In this document: piece after piece, positions 38,099 to 47,487 of the stretch | How positions within the stretch are numbered: the first letter of the stretch is position 1 | Layout of the letters: each line of letters starts with the position of its first letter | From: Paraglomus brasilianum | Lineage: Eukaryota | Reading direction: 5' to 3' | Assembly (NCBI GenBank): GCA_910592345.1 | Contig: CAJVPI010000164.1 | Coordinates: forward strand, 1 to 47,487 | DNA: 47,487 bases | The notes under the pieces: model-generated | The model's input: only the letters and a program-made list of their open reading frames with translations | Told to the model about the DNA's origin: nothing | The model's database searches: none | Program-made: the position numbers and the translations under genes

Positions 38099-39977
38099 TT
38101 TCTAGCCTATCTTCGTTCTAGGTGGATTCTTGGACCAAATCGTTCAGGAGGAAAGGTTGAACTCCTTTCGAATATTGGTTGTTTATATAATTAAATTTTT
38201 TACTGCGGAACAGCGATTCTAAGATTTAAATGGTCAAAACATTTACGTCACTATGTCAGACATCTACATATTTGTGTGATTTAATCGACAGTCAGACATA
38301 ATATTATTGGTGCTAATATAAATCGTACTAGTATTAGTATTAGTATTAGAGTTTTCAGCAGCTCGGCCCCCATCCGGGTATGGAATTGTGATAACAAAAG
38401 AGGAAATCGATGTAAGGGGGAGACAAGGGGAGGCAACTAGCCTTTCCCCTCAGACGGGGGAGTGGAAATTGTCTAATTATGAACTTGGGGTATCGTCGAG
38501 ACTTTGTATTGCTTTAAGAGTAAATTTCAATTAAAGCAATTGCAGAAGTTTCGAGGTCTTTATTTTAAAGCAATTGCAGAGAATTACAGAAAAAAAGACA
38601 GAAAAGAAGAAGCGAAGCCATGCCCAGGACAAAGTGAAAATAGTTATTGCTTCTGTTATATATCGCTGTGTCAAACAGTGCAGAGCAATTGATTATTTCT
38701 CTCACTGTTTGCACCCTGTACGTTGGGATCGATGAATATCACTTATAACGCGTTTATCAATAATTAAACAGGAATGTATGCGCCATGCCAGAGTGAATAG
38801 ATGACACGTCTCGATCACTTGGAGATTAACGATTCCGGATCTATCAGTACGATCACCAGGAAATGCACACTTTATGAGTGCTAGCTACTCTCGTTAATTT
38901 TATATCGGAATTAATGAATAACTGAGTTTTCGAGGTCTTTATCTAGAGGCGCACTTGATGAATAACTGATCGGTCTCACAAAAACGTCCCAGCTTTGCGT
39001 GTGCCAACATCCTCCCGATTTAGATATCCCGCACATCTGTACTACTGTTCAATGAATGCGTTACTGATAAGTCGCAGTGTTTACAGCCATGTCGAATTTC
39101 GAACAATAGATCATATTGTGAACAAAAATATCATTTCAACGTTTAAATAATCAATAACAATATTATTTAATATTTCATTCGATCTTTCGATATAGGACAC
39201 GTTCGAATGTGAGAACTTTTTCAAACTTGTTTTTAAATTATTGCTTCAAACATTTGGGCAGCCAACTTTTTTGCAACTAATTCGTTTCAGGTCCAGTCTC
39301 GCCAGTAATATTGGCATCAATGCCTCGTTCCTCTGCCCCTCATCATAACTATTGTCTTCTGACCGCAGTCGATTTGCCCGAGTTCTCGCTGATACTTATT
39401 TGGATAGGCACAGAAGGTGAATTTTGTACAGCAATGCACAGTTGTCAATAGCACTGCGGTTTTGGGGTTTGTTTCACTTTAAAAAAGTTCAATTATATTC
39501 GTCACGATCTATAAAGTGCTTACGACATTCTCTTCTCGTTCACAAATTACACATAGGAGACGCACAAAATATACGTATATATTTTCAATATTATACATTG
39601 GCCATCACAGAGACAGCACATTCAATTTAATAGTTTCTGAAACTTTTTTTTTTACAATAAAAATGAGTGCTTCGAATACAACCGTATCCTCGAAAGAAGA
39701 AAAAAAAAAGGAAGGAAAGCTGATGTCTCTCCAATAGACAAGTCAGAAGGAGAAGTAAATACAACGAAGGCTAGAAGGGGAATGAGAGAAATTAACTACA
39801 ATGAAATGCGGAGACCTATACGAGTAAAAATCTCTTATAGGCGAATGCTTTATACTATTAAAATACCCACTTGAATTTTGGAAAAACTGTTCCATCTGAT
39901 CGAATGGTCAACAGAACGGCACCCTTGAAAAAGATACCGCTTACTCTTACCCACAAATAGATTGTCTAGTGAATAAC

Positions 39978-40682
39978 TTATAAATCGTCGTAATCTGCAT
40001 AACGACAATACTCGCATTGACATTCTTTATAAACAAGACTTTCTTCGGGATCATAGACATGTACAACAGGAGCTGTCTTACTAAATGTGGGATGCTCCAA
40101 ATGAACATGTTTCGTAGGCTTATTATTCTCCTTCTTTGCTGCCTTTGAGCCCCTCTGGGGAATGTTAACATTTAATAAGCTGTTAGTTGAATAAGAGTAA
40201 GAACTCGGAGAAGAAACGTCTGTCTTCTCTGTATCTTTCCAAACATCACCCTGTTGATAAGCGAGATTACCCAGCACCTCGCGAAGCCGCCGTCGTTGAA
40301 TGTTATCGGTAATCGGTAGCTTGTTGTTATGTTGCATTACGTCACCCCAGTCATTCTTAATGCCAGCCGGCAAACATATACTACCTGTGGTTCTGAGTTG
40401 AGCCATCCATTTATGTTCAAGGGCTATTTGTTCTTTATCGGCTACTGTCTGATAGAATACATAATCTTTTTCGTTATCATCAGATAAAGATAATGTGTGG
40501 CCTATTTTTGTCATGGTCCCATCAGAATTATCCTTGTATTTATAGTGGAATGTCATGGTGTATTGTGGGTGACGATATTCCATGACATACCCATTCTTTC
40601 CAACGAGGGGAGTATAAACAGACATTTCGACCGTCTTCTTCTTCTTTCGAAGAGTTGGTCGCAATTTTCGTAGACTTTGCAT
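39978..40682 (-). CDS. Intronless orphan protein (~215-235 aa) with a C-terminal CxCxxC
   Basis: Longest open frame (303 codons) outside recognised genes in AT-rich DNA. ATGs at 40682 and 40625, ordinary composition, ends KECQCEYCRYADYDDL*. No family recognised. Confidence 0.6.
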   Translation of the reverse strand: MQSLRKLRPTLRKKKKTVEMSVYTPLVGKNGYVMEYRHPQYTMTFHYKYKDNSDGTMTKIGHTLSLSDDNEKDYVFYQTVADKEQIALEHKWMAQLRTTGSICLPAGIKNDWGDVMQHNNKLPITDNIQRRRLREVLGNLAYQQGDVWKDTEKTDVSSPSSYSYSTNSLLNVNIPQRGSKAAKKENNKPTKHVHLEHPTFSKTAPVVHVYDPEESLVYKECQCEYCRYADYDDL

Positions 40683-42963
40683 TGTGGGTTTAATGTATAT
40701 GCAGCGCGGTTGATTGTAAACGAGACCCAGGGGTAGGGAGATGAGAGGTGGAGAAGAGTAGTGGTTGAGGAAAGAAAGATGGAAAGAATCAAAATTGTGT
40801 GAATTGAGACTACCGGGAGGGGTTGGGATTTTTAGTCTTCTTGCGTAGCACAACGTGCGATTGGAGATGGCCTGGTAGAAGCGAGGCACGAGATCGCTTT
40901 ACATCCCATCGAAAGGCTCACATTTGTGATTGGGTCGGGTATAAAAGTAAATATATCATTTACAATAATGGCAATTGTTATGATTATGTTCTTACTATTG
41001 CGGACGTTCCAATGAAAACTAGCCGGGCGAACCATGTGATATCTGTCCCTAAATTGTTTTTTCCATTGCAAGCCAGCAAGTCTTGGCACCCATTGTTAGA
41101 CTGTCTTGCAACTTTTGCAAAGATTATTCACCAAATTGAGGTTGTATCGATGTTTATTAACATTATTAAACATCCATGTTAGGCATAAACCATTTCGTAA
41201 ACCTTGGTAAATTACTGCATTCTAGACAAAGTTCAGGGGTCAAAAAATGGACAAATGTCCAATGGCATTATAACATCTCGACATTATAATTCCGTTTTTT
41301 GGTCTCTATACCAATACATTTCGATTAGAACATGACACCGAGGCAAAGATCTACCATTTGTTCTTGGGGCTTTTTGTTTGGATTTGCGTTTCGACCAGAC
41401 GATTTTTGAGCATTCTACAAAGGCGGTAGTCGTAGCACAATATGCGACAAATCCGGAGTTGAAACCCCACAAGTGAAACACAGACATCGTGCACTGGGAG
41501 GGGGCGGTGCAAATTATGCATACGGCACATATTCCCAGCATATGCCTAATCCTATTGTGCATTTGGTGTTTATTATAGAATGTAACAAGTTCTAAATGCT
41601 CTAAATATATTCGTGTACAAGTATTAACCTAATATAGAATAAAATAATATGTGTATTGACAGCATAATTACTGTTGGTACACAATGCGATCACATATTTA
41701 CTGATACTTTGTTCAAGATCATCTTTGTTTATCTTTTATGAATAAACTACTAAGGCAAACTTTAACTATAAAAAAAAAGGGAAAGAGACACGCAAGAGCC
41801 CCTCTCTCAAGCAACCTAATCTTAATCAATTAATTCACTGGTGGATATTTAGTATTAGAGTTTCTAGAAATCGCTGCAACTGTATTCTTGTAGTGGTCAT
41901 CGGGCAATAAATTTGCAGCCTTTGTCTTCAACTCGAAAATCCAGACTCTAGAAACTTGATCTCGTCATGTTAGTTTAGTTGAAGACATGAGAATAAAGTA
42001 CATATATCTTTTCAAATCACTTACTTACAATAACCATTAGTTTTACTTTCGTCATCAAACATTACAATTTATTTCTCCAGTATCTTTATGCTAGACTCCG
42101 ATTAATGTCTATCTATGCGTGAGATATAAACTTGCGTAAAGCACCCTCAAAATGTAAGCAAGTATACTTGATTACCATTGCCATTAGAATTATTTAGACA
42201 CAGTAATTAAATAGTTTCTATTTTAGCGGTCGCATTTTTGGGAAAGGAAATCAAAAATTAATGTAATTCGACTTTCTCTGCTAGTATTTGAATTATTTAA
42301 TACTACTATGGTTGTTCCGAAAAGATGTCTTACGTTGGACGTAGAATTCTGATAACATAAAGCTAAATAAAGCTCAACTTATAGAAAAATTCTTAGCATC
42401 CTAAATTTAGCTTATGCACATAAATGACAATATTGCAATAGATCGCCTAACAATGTAGATAATTTATATTAATTTGCTTTAATAATTAATAATTAATTAT
42501 TGAACGGAAGTATAGATGACTCATTCACTAGTGTGAACGAGTAAAATATAAAATGGCTTAATTAAGCTATTGATCTTTTATAAATAGTACATTCTTTCGA
42601 TTTTAGATTTGTATTAGCTGTCGTTCTAGAATAACTGTTTGGTCATCCGACGCTGTTCTCGCATCTAGGCATGTTGCGCAAATGTACGATATATTATTAT
42701 TCGCCACGATTTGTTGGCTATATATATGCCAGTTTCATAACAGCTCGTGGGGTACACAATAAACCGTTGAACAACAGTAATAAGCCAGCATTTTTGCGAT
42801 ACTCGTCAATATTTATAGAGGTTTATATTAGAGACATATTTGTTATTATTGCATATGTACGGTCATGTAATTAATGTTTATTATACACTACAGCACGTTC
42901 GATTTGATCAATGAAAAAGATTATAAAGCTTTGGTTTCTTTTAAGCATAATTTTTTCACAGTA

Positions 42964-43447
42964 CAGTCGAACCTCGTTATACCGAAGGAATTCTGGCTCC
43001 CCCGTTATTTAAATAGTAAAATCTCGTTGTACCGTTACCAAAGTCCGATGCAGGATTTTTACATGGGTATCGCGAGGAACTTTTATTCACAACGAGGTGC
43101 TCGCTAAAGCCCAGTTTGATTTTTGATTGGTTGTAGCAGATGAAGATCATACGATTTTTGGTTAGTCATACGATTTCGCATCATACGATTTCGACAGTAT
43201 TAATATTAATAGTAAATAGTATGATTTTTTAGCTGTGTTATTTGATCAGCCGTATTAGTATATCTACTGTTTTTTAGATTATATTCATGTATTATTTGAA
43301 GTAAAGATATTATTCACATAAGTCTCATCATAACGAATATTGCTTGACCTAGGCCTAACTTTGTTATATAGAGGTACCTCACTATACCGAATGTCTCGTT
43401 ATACCGACCGAATCATGGCCGACACTCGGTATAACGAGGTTCAACTG
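42964..43447. mobile_element. pogo/Tigger-like MITE, ~22-bp TIRs, TA TSD
   Basis: TA|cagtcgaacctcgttataccga ... tcggtataacgaggttcaactg|TA, with subterminal ctcgttataccga repeats. Confidence 0.92.
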
Positions 43448-43484
43448 TAATAGCCGCTTCTTAACCGAAAACCAAACAACAATA

Positions 43485-43685
43485 CAGTGGACTCTCCCTA
43501 AGTGCAGCACTGACGGGACCATATGGCCAAATCAGACACTGCATTTATAGAGAATCTGCATTTGTAGAGAGTGAAATACTTAATGTAATGGTCTTATAAT
43601 CTCGGGACCAAACCAGAGCCTGCATTTAGGGAGGGAAAATATGGTGCCTGCACTTAGAGAAGCTGCACTTGGGGAGAGTTTACTG
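43485..43685. mobile_element. Second pogo-like MITE, 24-bp TIRs, TA TSD
   Basis: TA|cagtggactctccctaagtgcagc ... gctgcacttggggagagtttactg|TA, with internal tgcatttaNrgag repeats. Confidence 0.9.
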
Positions 43686-43984
43686 TAATAATAATAATAG
43701 TCGATAAAACCATGGATAGCATATCCGTCACATATCTTAAACATTCTCGTGACAATGTTTCTCCCACTACTTTAGTCACGTGCATAATCGGATCGAGTTA
43801 AGACATAAATGGTAACTTGCTTTTACCCAGACTAATCTTCCACATGATAATATGGTAGTCTTCCCGCTTATCTCACGATTATTCCGTCAGACAGAAGGGG
43901 TAGAGAGCTGGTGGCAGAAGCATAATAAAAGAAAGGCGTTGTTCATACAGATATTTTCAGATAAGCTATTTTATAACTAAAAGA

Positions 43985-44925
43985 ATGGAAGTTCCAACAC
44001 GAGAACTACCGACTGTATGTATGCTTTCTTGTATATCAGCAACACTAGTTAGCCATTACATCCTAACCATTATACTTGATAACAGTTAATAAAGAGACTT
44101 TTAACAACGGACTCGGAAGAGCAGCTGGAGGAGTTTTGTATGTAAAACATATTGTACGTAACGATTTACAACATGCACGCTTGCTTACACCTGTATTTCT
44201 CCATTTTAATAGTCACGTCGGAAGTAGAATTCAGACACCCCCTCGTCATTATTCAGAGCAGTCGAGATTCACGCAATAAGCTTTTTTCGTTATATAAATA
44301 CTGCCAAGGTAACGTTAGCAGAGAAGCGTTGCCGGAAATCGCGGTATTACTTTTATTAATTATTACACGTTGATAGTATTGACAGGTCCCCATCAGGTGG
44401 AAGTACATGAAGTTAGTAAGTATGAAGGACCTTAGACCTGATCTGGAAGGTAACCATCATCGGTTAATAACAATCTTGCTTTATTAAGTGTTCGATCCAC
44501 ACAAGAAGGTAGGGTTTATCCATTACACGACAAAGTTGCATCCGTTGCTCTTTCCGTATTTGACCGTTGCTGTCAGGTTAGTCTTCTTTATATAATCGGT
44601 GTTATTATTACACCCATGACTATTTAAACGAACGCTTGTTTATTGGTCCCTTCAAAATATTATCTTCCAAACTTTCAACAGAACAATGAGCCATGCAGAC
44701 TTTCGCGTTAACAATGACGGCAGATGGGTTATTTCCAAAATGGAAGACTTTATTTCTATCGAAGATCTTCTGAACTTGGTTGTTCCCTTTTCTCAACCGT
44801 TTGTGAATTATTTCAAAGCAATCGGCGGTCTGGCTGGTATTAGTGCTGGGAAGGTCTTGGAGAAAATTGGGTGGCTCGAAAAGGAGGTTGATCGGGAGAC
44901 ATATGACTTTGTTGTAGAAAGATGA
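43985..44925 (+). CDS. Small NTF2/SnoaL-like fungal protein, 6 exons
   Basis: In-phase GT-AG splicing gives MEVPTRELPT/LIKRLLTTDSEEQLEEF/FTSEVEFRHPLVIIQSSRDSRNKLFSLYKYCQ/VLTGPHQVEVHEV/MFDPHKKVGFIHYTTKLHPLLFPYLTVAVR/TMSHADFRVNNDGRWVISKMEDFISIEDLL...VVER*. The F-x-HP, FD and W.I..ED pattern is typical of NTF2-like folds. Confidence 0.75.
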
Positions 44926-45261
44926 CAGGCTATTTGGCGAACTGATCGGATAGCGTAGTTTTTCTTTGTAATAAAATCTTTTCTAATTATCATTACTGAA
45001 CGCGTCTCTATGGATTTATACTGATACATGACCCCTCTTAGTATCTTATTGTTATATTATTGTTAATATTGATCTTTCCATACATAATGTGTTTACCAAA
45101 ACTGCTTAACGTCATCATTAAATGTAATCTACCTGCAATAAGTAATCGATCTCACGCTACCCGTAAACAATAACGTTATTCGACCTTTAATCTTTCCCAT
45201 ATAATACATAAGGACACCTCTGTAACCGTTGTGAACGTTCCAGAATAAACCACAATAGAAA

Positions 45262-45990
45262 GAATGAATATTCACCACGAGACTTGCCCCAGTGATTGTT
45301 GAGGTTCCTTTTTGGAACGGAGCTTGAATTTTTTACGATTGGCAGCAAAATTGGAAGAATATCCTTTAAGCAAGTCGCTCATTGCTTCATCACGAATGTT
45401 CGAGGACCCATTTAAGTTTGGTATCATTGAAGTTTTTGGCGTTGAGACATAGTGCGCGTAGATCCTTCTTTTCTCGTTTGATACTTTCTTTTTCGACCGC
45501 GGTAAGGCACCGATTGTATGTCCATCGTGCTGTTCCCATCCATCTTCTGAGTTTCAGCCGCTCCTGCTGATTGGGATAAATGCGAATACGTCGTACCTTG
45601 CCTGCTGAAAGTTTCTTCACTTCCTTCTTGAAACTCTTGAACCTCTTGGGCAGCTTCTCTTCTCCTTTTGCGATTTGCGGCCGAACGTAGTCCATTATGT
45701 CGCGCCACAAACACTGTGACGATTACAAGTAGGCCTTCTGCGAGCTCTCCATATTCGCTATCTGGTATAAACTTCTGAACCGAGAACCACGAGTCGTGTC
45801 CCATTTTTTTCAAAGACCCACTCCACAAGTTTGGATCCAAAGCGACACAAGCGGTCTTTTCGGGTAACCACGACTCCTTTAGAGAGTGTATTCGTTCCAA
45901 AAGGGTAACAAACCCCCTGCGTTTTCAATTGAGCCCTGAACCAATGTCACTGATAATTTCGTGTCGTTGTCGGAGATCTGTGATCTATCC
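45262..45990 (-). mobile_element. tnpA/tnpB: IS607-type element relic: TnpA serine recombinase overlapping the Fanzor2/TnpB N-terminus
   Basis: TnpA: HEIISDIGSGLN*KRRGFVTLLERIH, VVVTRKDRLCRFGSKLVEWVFEKNGTRLVVL, ELAEGLLVIVTVFVARHNGLRSAANR. TnpB in overlapping frames: PFWNEY, WLPEKTACVALDPNLWSGSLKKMGHDSWFS, VRRIRIYPNQQERLKLRRWMGTARWTYNRCL, IRDEAMSDLLKGYSSNFAA..FKLRSKKEPQQS, HWGKSRGEYSF. Confidence 0.93.
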
Positions 45991-46269
45991 GTAAGTTGGG
46001 GAGCTGAGGACCTCCTTTTGTTTGAACCCTTTTTGGTGGTAGTTTTTTGGTGGTGGTGGTGGCGGTGTTAGCATTGAGGGGAGAGATTATGTGCTTACGA
46101 TTTTGATTTTCAATGAGCAAAATATTGCAATGGTTAAAGAGTTTGGAGGAGGATAATGTCTTTAATTTATCCAAACCCGTCGTGATGGACCAATATCGAT
46201 ATGCGAATCTTTGGTATAGAAACGGCGGTATCACTGCTTTCCGCATACCGTCATAAGCCTGTTATCACT

Positions 46270-46595
46270 CTGTATAAGATTGCATGTTTTATGCGTGTTT
46301 TCAGTTCGACAAGCCCATCCACCGTTTCAATAGCTGCTTTGAAGGTGATTTGGGTATACTTTGATTAGCAGCATACATGGAGAGGTCCCAAGTGTTGTCG
46401 TTTGTTGCGTGCTGCTGTTGTCTTGATCTTGCGCTTTTTTCCTTGTTTGGGTTGACTCCTCTTCCTTGCTTGATTGCAAAGACATCTTGGGAAAGTTCGT
46501 GCTCGTCGGAGGTCGCGGCAGAGTCGGTCACAATGGGTAACCACAATTTCTGAGACCATACCGCGACTTTTCCGTTCCAATAAGGTCTTAAGTTT
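46270..46595 (-). mobile_element. tnpA/tnpB: Second, divergent IS607 TnpA/Fanzor2 relic
   Basis: TnpA LKTLLERKSRGMVSEIVVTHCDRLCR...SDEHELSQDVFAI overlaps TnpB LRPYWNGKVAVWSQKLWLPIVTDS, followed by IKVYPNHLQ/KQLLKRWMGLS (OrfB HTH start). Confidence 0.85.
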
Positions 46596-46603
46596 GTAGG
46601 TTG

Positions 46604-47487
46604 TAGTAGCAGCAAAAGGCGTTCTTGTGGCAAATTATGTGCATAATATGGAGTAGTAGCAGCAAAAGGCTCTGTGTATATTAACTTTTTGATAACGTTG
46701 TATTTGCGCTTTGGAGGGAGAGAGGTTGTTGTGAAGTACACCATCGGGATCTCAAAAAAAAAGTGTGATTATATCAAATTGTGCCTATTTAGAGGTATTT
46801 TTTCATAAGCTCTATATTAATTAAAATTTTTGTGCTTATATAGAGGGCGTTTTTATATAGTTGGTTTTTGGAATATGGGTGATTATATCAAGGTTTTCAT
46901 ATGATGTGACTATATCGAGTGTGACTATAACAAGGTGCGACTGTACATATACATGCGCTATGGAGAGGAGCGACAGGGTATATATATATGTATGAATGGA
47001 CGCGTGTTCGCGTGTTAGATGACACTTGATATTGTTGTCGTGCGCGACCTTATAAGTATATTGTCGTGATTTATGCAGTAAGGAGTGTGAGAGTCAGCCA
47101 CAACATCATTACATCATATACTGATACTATTGTTCTTATTTACGGAAACAATTGTGACAGTCGCGGTAAAATATTTTCACTGGTTAACAACAAAACCGTG
47201 CGATACGATATATGCGGTATAGCGAGTAACACTAACAGCGTGGTTTGGGCGTCTGGGTATATATACGTATAAATAGACTGTTAGATGACGAAAGATGACA
47301 CATCTTGAATTATCAATTGCTGTCGTACCGTCCTTATAAGTATAAAACTGTTACCTATGCAGTAAGAAGTGTGAGAGTCTGCGACTGTCAACCAACAGTA
47401 AAGCATAAACGGGCATCAATATATTGCCTAGTGTAACATATCATTACATCTGTCACGATTGTTTCCGTAAATAAGAACAATAGAATC
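46604..47487. repeat. Repeat module copy 2 (homologous to 735-1335) with an internal duplication and a terminal inverted repeat
   Basis: Units at 46604 (partial) and 46644 with the same downstream arm. The arm is partly duplicated at ~47255-47450, and 47123-47160 is inverted at 47450-47487. Confidence 0.85.
46739..46949. mobile_element. Truncated pogo-like MITE inserted into the repeat module
   Basis: Ends gtgactataacaaggtgcgactg|TA with gtga(t/c)tatatc repeats. Copy 1 shows the empty site gtgaagTACAtgcgcta at 1107-1123. Confidence 0.8.

Noticed and set aside
44130..44155. Apparent frameshift or stop in the NTF2-like gene
   Set aside because: Resolved by using the GTATGT donor after EEF, which keeps the frame intact.
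21925..45990. The 22-kb C-terminal and 45-kb N-terminal Fanzor pieces as halves of one split element
   Set aside because: They are on opposite strands, 23 kb apart with intact host genes between, and share no overlapping sequence that would show the same family.

Overview
AT-rich, intron-rich eukaryotic DNA, almost certainly fungal. Gene style and TE content suggest Mucoromycota, possibly Glomeromycotina (inference). I reconstructed seven spliced genes by hand, mostly invisible or fragmented in the ORF track: BCK1-type MAPKKK (-), a small conserved fungal protein of unknown function (-), complex I 17.8 kDa subunit (+), SPF1 P5A-ATPase (-), PUF3/Pumilio (-), an Rsc1/2-like bromodomain-BAH protein (-) and an NTF2/SnoaL-like protein (+). 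There is also an intronless orphan ORF. Intergenic regions hold many decayed Tc1/mariner/pogo elements and MITEs with TIRs and TA target-site duplications. The most notable content is three separate relics of IS607-type TnpA/TnpB (Fanzor2) RNA-guided-nuclease transposons. Two show the serine recombinase and the Fanzor N-terminus encoded in overlapping frames, and one keeps the RuvC/Zn-finger C-terminus with hairpins where the omega-RNA is expected. An unclassified repeat module with ~59-bp tandem units occurs at both ends of the window. Exon boundaries are manual reads and approximate; no database searches were run.
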